A stretch of 64,000 nt of DNA from the human T2T-CHM13v2.0 reference genome, Homo sapiens: NCBI RefSeq assembly GCF_009914755.1, contig NC_060935.1, one strand, 5' to 3'. The notes under the pieces are model-generated. The model saw only the letters and a program-made list of their open reading frames with translations, had not been told where the DNA came from and ran no database searches. This document shows positions 1 through 15,796 of this stretch, piece by piece. A program made the translations under genes and the position numbers. Within the stretch, counting starts at the first letter, position 1. Each line of letters opens with the position of its first letter.

Positions 1-1093
1 TCAGCCCTTCTCGGTGGCCCACAGGAATCGCTTCCCATTGGAACACTGCCACCAAGGTTCTGGAGCTGAGTTTGTGACATGGAGACATTCATGGCATTTT
101 TCCTGTCCCTCAAGGGTCAGGCAGATCTGGTGCTTTCCCCCTCCTGGAAATGGATAGAGCTGGCTGAAAGCTTCTTGGGATGAAATTTGTCTTTTGTGCC
201 TCAGGTGAAATCTGACTGATTTTGAATGGTGTGCCCATTTCTGGGCTTCCCACCCTCCAGATCCCCTGGGGCCAGATTCCTAGCACCCCAGGAAGCTGTT
301 GGGGGATCTGGGTCTCTAGGCACTGAGAAGATGGGGAGAAGCTCTGATAATCAGAAGCCTAATAACCAGGTCTCCAGGGCTCAAAGGAAAAGCAATTTCC
401 TAGATCTTTTTGCCTTTTATCCATTAAAGAAAAATTGTCAAGGTCTAAGGATGTTTCAAGATTCCTTCTGATGGATTAATTGGTTTGTTTTTCCCTTAAG
501 GAAAATTGGATACAGAGTTTCTAATAATCCCTTATTACCTTTTGGAAGAATATTAATACTTGAGGTAACTTATCTTAGGATATCTTAGGATACTTACTGT
601 CTTCAAACCTCAGCTGTCTCAGCTATCAAATGAGGAAAACACTTCACACCCCACAGGTTGGTTGTGAGGCTGGTGTAAGACTACACACATGAACCTGTTT
701 TGTAAACTGCAGATTGGCTACATGACTGGGTGCAGAGTTATTTTAATCATGATTGCTATTTTTAGGGAGATAAGGTCACTTATCTGCAAATGGGTAAGCA
801 CCACATATATGAACTATAAACTATATCCATCCTCTCCCAATGTGTAAATTCTAACCTGCACTCAAAGGAAAAACACAAACCGACAAATGACTATATTTTC
901 TAAGGCTATCCAGGACTAATATGCTGTAAAGGAAAGATGCAAAATTTAATCACACATCACACACATATTTATAACTAGCAAATCAGCTCTTCACAAGAAG
1001 GCATAGTTGGGGCTATGGTTTCTAGATTGATCTTTACCAATGCAGATAAAATGCACTTTCTTTAATTCGGAGACTGAATGCCTGCCAATTTCA

Positions 1094-1375
<282 letters not shown>

Positions 1376-2025
1376 TTACAGTTAACCCATCTCCTTCTCC
1401 TAACTGGATTATTCAAAGGTTGGTAGGTTATTCTGGCACTTAGCTTTGGTGACTTTAATTCTTCCCCCCTTGGCTAGAAGGGGGTTGGGGGTGGGGGAGG
1501 ACAGAAATGCACATCAATCCATTTTATTCATCATCAGTGATGTTTGGTAGACTGATAAAGCAGAGCCTTGGAACAAATAGTGGCAATGCTATTTGGCAAT
1601 AATTCATAAATTTAGACCACAAATGCCTTAATAGTTCCCTGCTATTACAGCCTACACCTTTTGATCCACACGTTTCACACTGAAGATTTCCAGATGACCT
1701 GTATGATATTCTGGAAACTTTATTCCCATCCCCAACACACTTCTCAGGACAGTACTGATTCTCTTGGGTCATTTCTGAATGTAGCCCATTTCCAAGAATA
1801 AGTAAGAAATCATAAATACTAGGTTGTTGAAGGAAACGAGAGCAGTGCGTTGAGAAGGGGATGACTGGTTCTTCAGATAATATGCTATGAAACAGATCAG
1901 ACAAGTCTACAACACAATTTGGGGTGGATTTTTTTCCCTTATGTGATCCCTTTTGGATTTTTGGCTTACTTGTTTTTCCTAGCCAGCCCCCCTAGTTAAA
2001 GGGTGGCTTGGGACGTTGAACCTCA

Positions 2026-2259
<234 letters not shown>

Positions 2260-2546
2260 CTAGAAATTCTGAGGGGCGCATCATATTACAGAAAAGGGAC
2301 ATTTTGAGTAGCATTGACACTTAAATTCACTTTTCAGTATTTATTTGTTATAATGGGAAGTTCATTTGTCAATGAGTAACAGCCCATTGAAAAATAAAAA
2401 AGGCTAATTCATACTGCAAAGATAGTAAGCATTAGCAATAAAAAAACACCTGTTTTGGGTTATTGTTGCTATCATGACATCTGTTAACTGACACATAGGA
2501 TACTGTGGACTTTGCATGTGCCACAGATTACAAAAGGAGAACGACT

Positions 2547-2575
2547 GGGGCGGGGCGGGGCGGCGGGGGGGCGGC
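2547..2575 (+). repeat. (GGGGC)n G-rich tract; tandem GC boxes and G-quadruplex motif in MMP20 intron 3
   Basis: GGGGCGGGGCGGGGCGGCGGGGGGGCGGC. Confidence 0.85.
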
Positions 2576-3872
2576 ATTCGATAGCAAAACCTACCCCACT
2601 GATTGGAATGTGAACCTGTTAGCAGAATGACCTTTCAAATTTGATTCAGCTGAGACAGTGATAGTGAATTGAACAAGTGTGTGCTTTCTGTTTCTATAGC
2701 ACAATACAGTTTAAGGAAGTGTCAAAAATCTCTCTGTAATTTTGACATACTTTCATGTGGAAAACATATGAAAGTCATAAAGGTGTTTATAAAATCCTAA
2801 CTTTTAAAGCTTTTTAAGTTTTTGTTTAATTATCTATTTTAACTAACAATTCATTACAAATTTAATAGAAGAGGAGGAGGAAGAACAAAATAAGGGATAT
2901 AGTTTACCACTTAAAAAAATCTTAGTAAGGATACCCAGTTTTAGTTTGTTTTTTTTTTTTAAAAAGCCGACAGAACAAAGTTTTGGTATGGCATTTCTCA
3001 GGTTTCAGTGAAATGCAGTCTACTCAGGTGCACACACCGAGGACTTCATGCAATGGCAGCACAGTCCCTGGTTGGCTTGTGTATTAGGGGACAGACTGTA
3101 AGCTTGAAAGATCAAGAGAGAGCCAGACATTCATTCCTTGGCCTTCAAAGCTACCCCGAGTCACACTGCTTTCCCTGCCACTTCACCAGGGGTGGCCTTT
3201 CTCTTCTGGGAGGAATAGGACATAACCTGGGCCAGGTCACGCCCAGGGCCATTTCTAAAGGCTTTATTCTCAGGACTTGCTTGATCTTCTTTTTTCTAGC
3301 TCCTAAGCATGTTTTCCCCCCAGTGACATCAGATTAAAATTAAGATCTGGGCTTGAAATGACAAGGACACTAGAAATGTTATCTGAGGAGGGTGAGCAAT
3401 GGAATGGAGAAGAAGTGGGAAAGTTGGAGGCAGACCTCTTGCATATCTCCCAGAAGGTGGTCTGCAAGTGTGGGCAAGACAGAAACGATACTTTCCTAAC
3501 CATTGCTGCAGGGGGAAAGCTGCTTCAAGGTCACTGTGGAAGGTATTTGCTTCAGTGAGGATTCATGGTAGGATATCCTTGGCTAATATAGAAGGGGTTA
3601 TATAAGTGATAAACACTATCATGGGAATGGATGAGGTCATGTGGCTAACGGGAAAGCAAAATCTGCAAGAATTTGTCCCCTAGTGGGGCAAAGTCATAAT
3701 GAAAGTTTGTTACAGTGAATCTACTCTACAGCTGTGTCTGATGATGACAAGACATGCTAAGAACTCCTTTGGTTCTATTTTCTGGCCAGATGAAGATCAT
3801 GGCTTTGCCATGGTCTTGGCCTTGGCCCATCACAGCACTGTGCGAAGGAGGAGTGTGTGATCACTCGAATTA

Positions 3873-4163
<291 letters not shown>

Positions 4164-4371
4164 TCAAAAAATGTTAAATGTAAATCTACAATTTAGATTT
4201 TTCTCTGAAATAATAATTCTTATTTTGCTTTATTATATGTTAAATTTCTGCATATGAAACAACAAGACAAATGAAAGGGAGAGATGAGAGACAGTTGGGA
4301 TAATCCGGTACTGAAACCATTTAGCTTTCATTGTTATTATACTACCACCGACTTAAAAGAATAAAATTTGT

Positions 4372-4680
<309 letters not shown>

Positions 4681-4902
4681 AATAAAACTTGTGAAATGTT
4701 ACAGGTAGTAAGTAGTCAATTTTTCTTAAAGTCGTTTTCATTGAGAGAGGACCTCTTTTTCCCCAAAGGGACTGGATGTTTTCAATTATAAAAAATAGAA
4801 ATGTGGAGTTTTGAAGTTTTGCTAATTCTTATTCAAAGCTCCTCAGGATTTCCCCAGGGCTATTGGGGAAGGTTTTTTTTTCCCTCAGAATAATGCATTC
4901 TT

Positions 4903-5226
<324 letters not shown>

Positions 5227-5676
5227 CAAAATAATACATTCTTAAAGAGGAAGGGCTAGCTTTAAAAACGGAGGCTCACTGGAATTGAAAAAAGGGTGAG
5301 CCTTTCAGCAATTACTGGTGTGACGATGACACCTGAAGGCAGAAAAATGTAGTGCTTTTTGGACTGTGGGTGGAGTCAGAGTTGGTGATTGTTAGAACTT
5401 TCTGCTCTGAAGCCCAGGGTCTGGGGATTTCTGGCAGCACACAAAGGAAAGGCAGGGAGGGCAACTTCTACCCGAGACCTTGGGCTGGGCTGGAATATGA
5501 TGCAAAGTGAGAAGCTGTGTCTGTGAGAGCCAACCCCATGAGCAGGGACCGGCCCTGCTTTCTCTCTCTCTCTCTAGCTCCTAGTTTAGTGCCTTGCACA
5601 TAGCAGATGCTTAGCAATTGCTTGATAAATAAATGAATGAATTAAAGAATTAAAGCTAGCTGTTTTAGGGCCCACT

Positions 5677-5820
5677 CAGTGGCTCTCGAAGTTTAGGACC
5701 TGTGATAATTACCTAGGAAGCTTGTTAAAAATACAGGTATGATCCAGAAATCTGTGTTTTGAAAGGTATCTTAGGTTATTATAATGCAGATGGTGCAATT
5801 TCAATGAGAAACCAACAGCA
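5677..5820. mobile_element. MER5-like hAT-Charlie fossil
   Basis: CAGTGGCTCTC start, AGCTTGTTAAAAATACAG core, TGAGAAACCA end. Confidence 0.55.
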
Positions 5821-6950
5821 GTAATCCTAGGGTCCCAAATGAAAGGACTGTGCCCACAGAAAGGATAGCAAATAGCTCAATTCAGGACTTGAGAGGGAAG
5901 GAACAAGGAGCTCTTTAACCCCAGGTTTGGGGCCAAAAGAAGAGAGCTATAGAATTGAAGGGGGATACCAGACAGACCCTTAAAGGGACTATTTAATGCT
6001 TTCAAAATATGCCAAGCCCACTGCATAATATGAGTCTGCAATTTATCACAACTAGGTGGACTTAGTACTTTGACATGCCCTCGCATTTTTGGTAAGTCAG
6101 CCATATCTTTGAGCTGACTTTGTGTGTTGGCCTGGAGAAGACAAGGAAGGAGAGAGGGATAGCACCAGAGAAGAAGAGAACATGGAAAAAGGGATCCCCG
6201 AATCAGGGTCTGGAGCTTGATAAAGCAATAGTAATACTAGCCAATATTCTTTGAAGTCACACTATGTGCTGTTGCTGTATGCACTTTTTAATGTGGCATT
6301 TATCTAATCCTCACTTCGACCCCTAAGAGGAAGATCATCATCATCATCTACATGTTATGATTAGTCAGGTTTGAGCCCAGTTCTGTCTGACTCCAAAGCT
6401 TATGCATATAAGCACTATGCTGTATTTTTTTTCCTTTTGTAATCCTCTGGGTTATGTTGTAAGAAGTTATTCTGAAAGTCAGTAGCTACACAGGCAGAGT
6501 ACTGTGATAGCCTCTAGTGTCCTTTTTCATGGGGAGGCGATGGTAGAGTTATTGGGGAGCAAGAGTGGATAGGCAATGTGTGTGTTGAGGGGTTTTTAAG
6601 ACTGCCCAGCTTATCACAAGAATATTATACTTCCCTAAGCATCACATTATCTTGACCCAGGCTTCTTGTCTTTGTTGTACATAGTCATGGACTAAAATTC
6701 CAGAACACAGTTTACTTTAAGAAAACTATGAAAAGACTCTGTCGATGCGTACACATTTTTCTTGTCTTATTCTTACTATTTCAGAATCACTTTTGTGTTC
6801 AACTCCTATGAGGTTTTTCTCCCCCAATTGCTTTGTTTTTTTGTTCAGCCTGCCACCTTATGGATTTATTGGCTGATAGCAGGTAACAAGTGGCCTAGGG
6901 GATTCATGACTGTTCCCTGGATTCTGGCCCCTCCTTTGATCAAATGGACT

Positions 6951-7670
6951 CACTGGTGTGCTGGAACAGGTTAACAAGTGGCTCTACAAGGAGAAAAAAA
7001 AAACCCACTTGATTTGCATGACTTGCTGATTTCTGTGTTGTAAATATTCTCACTATGGCTAAATCAAGCTACCAACTTACCATCACTGAATGCCAGGTTG
7101 TGAAGAGATGAGCATGAATGAACCACTCAGATTATACAGATGTACATAGCCTCATGAACAGAGAAAATAATAAAATGTAGTGAAATAAGAGGCAATATGT
7201 TATTACCTTTATTTTTAATATAATTTAATATAATTTATTATATTAATGTAATTATTTAATATAATGTATTTAATATAATTTAATGTAATTTATTAAATAA
7301 TTATACCTATTAAATAATATAACATATAATAATAAATAACGTATTTTATTTATTATTATAAAATAATGTTTTAATAATATATTATTAATAAATAGTATTT
7401 TATTTATTACTACAAAAATATATTTTAATAATAAATATAAATATGAAATAATATACTTATTTAATATAATTTATTTAATATAATATAATTTAATTTATTT
7501 AATGTAATGTAATATGATTTATTTAATAGTAAATTTACATAATTTAACAATGGCTGTCTTAGCAACCAGCTCACAAAATTCTTGGGAGCTTAACAAGTGG
7601 CTGCAAAATTCCTGACATTTTAAGGATTGGCTTCTGTGAGCTATTAGGCGGCAGCTCTACCATACCACTG
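6951..7670. mobile_element. MER63-like hAT DNA transposon with an internal AT-rich expansion
   Basis: Inverted termini CACTGGTGTGCTGGA ... TCTACCATACCACTG; very AT-rich low-complexity block at about 7200-7550. Confidence 0.65.
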
Positions 7671-8999
7671 CTTAGACTATTGCACGAGTCCAGCCTTTCC
7701 CCATCTCCAGTTATCATCTAGATGTGCTCATCCTAAAAGCGAAATCTGATCCTGGTCCTGGCCTGGCTCTCCACCGCCCTGGGGATAAAGTCCAAACTCC
7801 TTGACATCACGCTCTAGTTGCCCTTCAGGCTGCCCCTCCAGCTCATTTCCTGCCATTGCCCTTCCTGCACCCTCTGCTGCAGCCGCATGCACTAGGCACT
7901 TGTGGTGGGAATGCTGCCCATCAACATGCCAGTCTGTCCACTCTCTGCTGCTATATGCTTGGTCTGGTTTTCTCCTTAGAAAACTCCTTACATGTGCAAG
8001 GCCTGGGGCAGGACCACAAAGAGTGGAGTCCACTCTTCTTTTCTGACCTGCACCCATCTGTCATGCATGAGGCCCACGCAGGCAGGCACCATCCACCCCT
8101 ACCTCAGGCTGAGGGGCAGGTACCATACATAGTTTGCCCTTGGTTGGACCAACCTGGGGAGGAAGTCTGCGCTGGCTCCCAGAATCAGGTCTGGCTGTGG
8201 GAGAGGGAATTCCAGACTCCGTACCCTGAGCACAGCAGGGAGGGACAGAGGTTCTGGTTGGGTGTGTCCCCTTGGTTTATAAGGGATGAAGCCAGAGGAT
8301 TAGGGGAGGGAAGAAAGAGGGCAGGGAAGGAGTGAGGGGAGCTTGGGGCTAAGAGTGGAACTGCTTCTGCTTTGCCTTCGAATCAGGCTCAGATGTTACT
8401 GCTGGTCCCTGGGCCACTTGGTAGCTCTGTCCATGTGAACTGTGGTCCCACAGTTCACTGCTTAGAGCTATGCTTTTGCACTTTTCACACAGAGCTACAG
8501 CTGTCTGTTTGCATGTCTGTCTCTCCTTAAAGGACTGTGAGTTCCCTAAGGTCAAGAAAGTTGACCTGTTCACCTTTATAACCCTCAAATGGAATGCATT
8601 TCTTGAATCATCAATAAAAGATTTTTGGAATCAATGAAATAAATTACTTTATTAGTAGGTTATTTTTTTCTTTCTCATTAAGCAGGTTGTTTTAAGAAAA
8701 CTGGTTTGTACTGCCAGGTCATTAATCCTAGACTAGATTAAAGATAATTGTGTTGTTTCTAGCTGGTAAAATTGTTTGGAATGCCTAAAATAGCCAGTCA
8801 TTATGATAATCCTAAAACCGTATTTTCTGGTGAATTGCCCATTGTCATTGCCTGACGGATGGATGTAAAAAGTTCTTATTCTTATGGTTGTGAGGTGTCA
8901 GGATTTTTATACGGATGAGAAGGAAAATATTTTTTCAAGAAAAGGGAAAAAGAGAGAGGTGGTGTTTTTCTCTGAATTTGGAAAGACTTGATCTCATTA

Positions 9000-9275
<276 letters not shown>

Positions 9276-10112
9276 CTACAGCGTAGTCTGGGAAATACTC
9301 ATGCTCAGGTAAGGCAGGGGACAGCATTCCTGATGTATTAAAAGCAGTGTGTAGAGTATTTTCCCATTTATGAAAAAAGTAGACATATTTGTTTACATAA
9401 AGCTTAGCTATACTCCAAATTATTAACGATGATTGGTTTTGGGTAGTGGGGATTATAGATTATTTAATTATTTCCTTTTGTCCACCTGCATTTTATAGTT
9501 TTTCTACAATGCAATGAATATAACAAATACGCCTTTTTGCTTCTAATTTTTTTAAAAGAAAAAAATTCAGGGAAGGAAGCTGATGTGAACATTATTTCCA
9601 TGGATCACTTATTTGTCACTGAAGTTCTTTACCCAATTTGCAAAACAAAGGCTATCTGGTTTCTTTGGTAAACAGTTATTGGTATCATCTTTCCATTGTA
9701 CATAATGCAAGATCAGTATGCTTTTAACTCTTAAAGGCATTGTATTCCAGCCTCTCACACTTTACAAAGGCAGAGGGTCCACCTTTTTTTCAGCTGAGGA
9801 TTTTAATGAGTTCAGATGTGTTTAGTATGTGGGCTGGATTTTGTTTCCATGAGACAACTTTCCTAGGCAAGGCTCTTTGTCTCTTGAAGCAAATAAAATA
9901 AGCCATAAATTATAAGGCTTTCATTTGCACAAAAAGACATAAAGCCCCTCAGTATATATTGTTCAAAACACTTTTCTATGACTCAGGGCTGGGATTAGGG
10001 TAAAACGAGTGATGCAGGGGCATGCAAATACAGGGTTGAGGCCTGCCTTTGGCTCAGGAATTTCACCTACTCAGCTGATTTTAGGAAAATAACCAAAGAG
10101 CAGCTAAGGGTT

Positions 10113-10465
10113 CAGTCCTCCTTTCATGTCCATGGGGGAATTGGTCCCAGGACCTCTCTCAGATACCTAAATCCACAGATGCTCAAGTCTCTGATATAAA
10201 ATGGCATAATATTTGCATACAACTTAAGTACAGCCTCCTGTATGCTTTAAATCATCTCTAAATTACTTATAATATGTACTATAATATAAATGCTATGTAA
10301 ATAGTTGTTATACTGTATTGTTTAGGGAAAAGCTACAAAAAAAATGTCTGTTTTGAACATGTCTTCCCTGAAACAGATGCAACCGTCGATTTTTTCCTGA
10401 ATATTTTCAATCCACAATTGTTTGATTCCATGTGTACAGATCCCATGGATACAGAGCACTGATTG
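10113..10465. mobile_element. MER2 (Tigger-derived) element
   Basis: Core AAATCCACAGATGCTCAAGTC...TTTAAATCATCTCTA; ends CCCATGGATACAGAG..CTGATTG followed by TA. Confidence 0.75.
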
Positions 10466-11680
10466 TATTTAATTATATACAATTTTATATTTATATAGTA
10501 TAGACATGTTTATTTATTAGATATAAATTACATATTATTAGCCTATATATTAACCATATATTACCACATATAAACTATGCAAATTGTTTACTTACATATT
10601 ATACACACATATTTTTAACATATATATAAAGATAATAAGTAATTGGAAGTAACCTTAATGTCTGATGTCAGGGGATTTATTATATATATTATCCTATATT
10701 TATATGAGACAGTACTAGGCCTCTACTAAGATCAGTTTTGAAAAATAAATATTTAATGGTATGAAAGAATGCTCTTTATGTAATGGCAATATACTGAGAA
10801 AAGAAGAGGAGAAATCTTTATAAGGTTATAATAATAATTTTCTGAATAAATCATACATATACACGCATATACACACACGCACACACATACAATAATAAAA
10901 GGAAGTCTGCCTGAATATTAATGTTGATTATGTCTGGGTAATGAAATTACAGATGACTTAATTTATTCTTTATTCCTTCCTATATTCCAAAAGTTTTTAC
11001 AATGAGCATGAACCATTACTGCTGGGGAAAAAATAAAAAGGAGTAAGTATCACTCATGTTTGGAGAGGGTACGCTATTTTTTCACTGCAGGATCAGCTGA
11101 TCCTTTACTCCCTGCCCTTCCTGTGAGAGAAGATCACTTTCCCCATTGTTGTCCCTTGTAAAAACCTTAGGTGAGATGAGAAGCCAAGAGGAGGAAAAGG
11201 GAGAGGGAACATGGGGTGCCCAGGCTCTGAAACCTAGCCTAGGTGTTCTGAAACAAAGCTGCGACTATTTGGTTCCATTCCGTCTCTAGTTAGACCACCT
11301 TAAGTATTGATGTTTCTCATCTTTTTTTTTTTGCAAATGAGGTTGATGGGATGAATTGTTCCTGTCTGTGCAAGTTGATGCTGTGATAATGCAATGCTTG
11401 TGGTAATGTCTGAATTATACTCCTCAGGGTTAAGCTCCATGTATAAGACCAGGTCCTCTGTGTCTCTGAGATCATTGATTTCAAATATTTTGTTCTCCTG
11501 TTAGGTTATGTATTACACTCTACATTCTAGTTTTTGTTTCACAAAATAGGTTATATAAGGGAAGATGCTCATGATAAATTAAGTGGAAAACATGTTTGCC
11601 GTGTTTACCACTGCTGTTACAACATGAGCCATGTTTATAAACATAAGTGGTATCTAGTCACACCATCCCAGTCATATCAC

Positions 11681-11862
11681 CAGGGCTGAGATGAGGCCAG
11701 TGGTGGGTTACCAAAAACTCCGTAATCAAGATAAATCATAATTTAATGCAGAATTAAAAAAAACAAAATAAATGCCAAAAAAATCCATGATAAACAAAAT
11801 TTCAAAATTTTAAATACAGGATGCATTCCTGCTTTGGTTGTCTCACACTAATCCTGGCCCTG
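11681..11862. mobile_element. hAT-Tip100-type MITE (MER96-like)
   Basis: CAGGGC...GCCCTG inverted ends; GTAATCAAGATAAAT core. Confidence 0.45.
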
Positions 11863-13014
11863 AATCACAGAAAAGTATTATGAAAGATATAGTCTAAGGG
11901 ACTAACAGTGGTTAAACCTTAATAATGGATTTAAGATGATGTATTTTTAAAGATAGGGCTTTTACTTTTTTTTTTTTTACTATGAACCTGCGTAATTTTT
12001 ATAACCAGCTGTTTGTTTCTTTAAAATATGCACAAAATGTTAGTCTTAGAGCACAAAAGGTTTCTGGCTGGTCATATAGGCAAGATTGAAATAGTACCTT
12101 TTAATGAAGTAAAAATAAAATTAGAAACTGTTCCTTCTTAAAAACAAAAATTCATCACTGCAGTGATATAAACAAAATCTCTCCCTAGTTGGTGCTTCCA
12201 TAAGATGTGATTCTTGTTCTAGTAAAACACTTGTCTCATTGCACCATAAACCATCACTTCCTACCAATTTCTTATCACTCTCACCTGCTTGTTTGCAACC
12301 TCCTTCCAGTCAGGCACCGTTTTGCCTTCACAGATGCAAACCCTGTGTTTGACTCAGTTCTAGGCTCAGAGTAGATGCTCAGTTAATGTTTGAGCTCTTT
12401 TTCTTTAGGCAAAATATGAAAGTATGTTTCCTTGAAGAATTATCAGATATCCTGAAGTACTGAGAGCTCAGAACTCTGGGCACTTTCTTGCTAAAGTTAC
12501 TGACAAGGTTTTGGCATACTTTTCACTGTCACAATATTCTATCAGGCACTTAGGTGTGTACTTAGAATTGCTTTCATGTGATGCTCTAACACTTGCATAT
12601 GTTGGCTCAGCACTTAATGTTGGCACTGGGACAAAGAATTCAGAATTCACCAGAGTTGTCCCATTTCCCTCCAATCTTCCCCACTTCCTCATTGTTAAAA
12701 TTGTAGAATTTTTGGGTCAATTATCAGGTGGTCCTCTCTCCACTTTTCTTCTGGTATCTGACAGATAAAAGTACAGGAGGCCAGGGGTTCCATTCCTGCA
12801 GGCTAGCAGCTTAGGTCTCCCTTCCAAGCCCTTATTCCGTGCATTTTCCTAGTGTCCTTCCTGAGACTTAAGAGTTTAAAACTCAGTTTAAGTACGCTCC
12901 AGAACAGGGTGAAACTTAAGGTACATTTCCTCAACATTTTTCTTTTTTGGCAAAGTCACTGTCAGGTTCCAGGGTCAGGTTTGGGGCCACGACTACACTA
13001 AATGTCATGCTCAG

Positions 13015-13540
13015 TGTCAGGTTCCAGCCCATGCTGAGGTCTGAGGGGAATGGGTGGGTGGCAGATAGCTGAAAGAATCCTCAGGGAGGGGGTGAGGGCA
13101 TAGGCAGATGAATATGGTTTTATTCAGCAGCTCTCTCATCAGCAGCTTTCTCACACTGTCCGCCCTGTTTCGGCTGCTTGAGCCGGCTGCTCCCACACAC
13201 ATCTGCGTGGCTGGCCCACCCTTCAGGGTCAGCAGCTTAACTCTTTCTCTCTCTGGGCACAAGCCGGTTCCTGGCTCCCTCCTACCCGCCTGCAAGATGG
13301 ATACCTTTGGCTCTCTCTCTATTTCTCTGGGTGAGAGGACTCCTGTACAATGTCAGCAGGGCAATTATACCTTTTACAGACAATAGTGGCTTAGAGCTAA
13401 GTGATGGCCTTCCCATGTTATGGCTACATGGCTGTGATAACAAGTGGAGATGTACGCCTGCACCCTAAACTCGCTGAGTCACGCAAGATGTTTACCTTGG
13501 CCTATGCCCGCTTGGCTGCAGCACAGCCATGTTCCTTACA
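13015..13540 (-). mobile_element. Solo LTR, LTR18-like (ERVL class), in MMP20 intron 1, same orientation as the gene
   Basis: TG...CA termini; minus strand starts TGTAAGGAACATGGCTGTGCTGCAGCC; AATAAA at 13124-13119; TGAGTCA at 13475-13481. Confidence 0.75.
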
Positions 13541-15445
13541 GTCACACAAATAGATTTGTGAGAACTTTTAAAGCTGTCTGAAAAATCCTAGGTTCTAGTC
13601 CAGGCTGTGTCACTAACACGCTTGGGCAATTCTTTTAATTTCTTGTGGTTTCAGTTTTCTCATCTATAGAGTGGTTTCTGCCCTACTGGCTACGTGAGTG
13701 TGAGGATCCAATGAGGTCCTCAATATGAATGCTTTTAAATGTGACAAAATACTTTCAAATGCCCTTTTACTCATTAAGTCCATGTCTGGAAACCTATCCT
13801 GAAAAAATAATTGTTTAAATTAGCTTGATGTACAAAGATGCTTATAGAAGCCTTATTCATATGGAAGTAATCTATTTGTTAAAGGAAATGGTCAAATAAA
13901 TTATAACTCATATTCTGGAATATTTCTGACTGTTTAAAGTGATGTTATGAAAATAGTATAAAATCAAAATTTTCTTATGACATAATAGTTAGAAAAGTAA
14001 AAACCACATTTTGAAGACAGTAACAATTTTAAAAAGTCTTTATCATAGAAAATAAAATGGTAGTAAAAACACCTGAATTAACAGTGTGTATTTTCATTTT
14101 CCTTAGTTATGAGTTCATAATAATGTGGTAGTTAAAATTTTTATTTTTAAACATAATTTAAAAAGTATGTTTTAAATGTCATATTGACACTAATTTTGTT
14201 TAACAAACAAACAAACCCAGAATAAAATCCTGGATTATGAGAATAGGTAAGCATTTTGCCATCTTACCATTTTCAAAGCATTTAGGCAAATTAGCAAATC
14301 AGAATTTAGAGGACACAAGTGGACATTAAATAAATCAAGAAGCTGTTTATCTTTTCAAGTGTAGATTTTTTAGGGGAGGGAGAGGTGTATGGTGTTTGGA
14401 AACGTGGCCTCTCTGGTGTTTCCAGGAGCCATTTGTTCTTTCTTAGCGAGTGACCTAACAGATCACTTAGCAAGAAGAGAGCATCCCTAAGCACTCTCTC
14501 TGCTTAGCGTGACCCAGGCCACCAGGCACCAGAGGACCTGCTGGCCTCACCTGTCCTTGGGACTCCTCTGGGACCCTCTTTCCTGACCTCTGAGCTCTAG
14601 TCACATGGGCCTGATGATTGCATTCCAAGCAGCTGCTGTTTCCTCCGTCTGGACTGCCCCATCTCCAGGTCTTCACGTGACTGGCTCTTTCATGCAGCTC
14701 AGGTTCATCTCAAAGTTCACTTCCTCCGAGAGGACTTCCTGGACTACGCCATTAAAAATACTCCCTCACCAGACCACTGTCCCAGTCAGCAACTCTCTGT
14801 CATCCTGATTAACTTCTTTCCAGGCTCACTGATCACTTTCTGAAACATCTTGTGCACTCATTGGTTGACTTGTTTATCTTCTCCCAGCACCTTCCCACCA
14901 GCTCCCTCATCCTCATGGAAGGAGCATAAGAACAGGGGCTTGATTTGTTTGATTCTCTCATATTTCCCCAGCATATGCCATGCTGTAAGCATTCAATACA
15001 TGAACTTATGCTGCCTATTTTACTGCTTTTGTTTGTGATTTTATGAGGCTGATGAGGTTGTTATATAATGTTTCTATAAATTATAAGGTGGGATGTTATT
15101 AAATAATTGTTTCCTGTCATTGTGATCCTCATTAGAGGTACAGCCAGATCATTCCAGGCTCCTGAGTGTCCCTGCCCAGAGCTGAGGACCAGGGCCATTG
15201 CAAGCAAAGGTGCTGTGTGTCAGGTGAGGAGATGTGGACAAGTTTCCCTGCTCCTTGGTCTAAGGTCTTTCTGAGAGTATGTCATAAGGGAGACAGAGAA
15301 GGGTTGATTTATTTTGGAGAGGAAGAAGTAAGGAATCACTAAAGGTCCCCAATATTCCCAGGCCATGCTACTGTTTCTAAACGTGCCTAGCTGACTCCTG
15401 ACCAGCTAGAATAGCAAGAGTGACTCCACCCAAGAGTGTCTAGCC

Positions 15446-15768
15446 CAGGGGTCCCCTGATCCTGGGCTGCACCCGGAAACCAGTCTGTGGCCTGTTAGGA
15501 ACCTGGCCCCACAGCAGGAGGTGAGTGGCGGGCCAGCATTACTTCCTGAGCTCTGCCTCCTGTCAGATCAGCAGAGTCATCAGATTCGCATAGGAGCAGA
15601 ACCCTATTGTGAACTGCACATGTGAGGGACCTAGGTTGCATGCTCTTTTGAGAATCTTATGCCTGATGATCTGAGGTGGAACAGTTTCGTCCCAAAACCA
15701 TCACCCCTCCAGCCTCCTACTTCCCACGTCCATGAAAAACTGTCTTCCATGAAACTGGTGCTTGGCTG
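15446..15768. mobile_element. MER1B hAT-Charlie element
   Basis: CAGGGGTCCCC start; perfect 8-bp TSD GTCTAGCC at 15438-15445 and 15769-15776. Confidence 0.85.
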
Positions 15769-15796
15769 GTCTAGCCTTATTCCTTAATAGACTGGT

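Noticed and set aside
7200-7550. Extreme AT-rich block as a functional S/MAR or origin
   Set aside because: Explained as a low-complexity expansion inside a MER63-like fossil; function cannot be supported from sequence alone.
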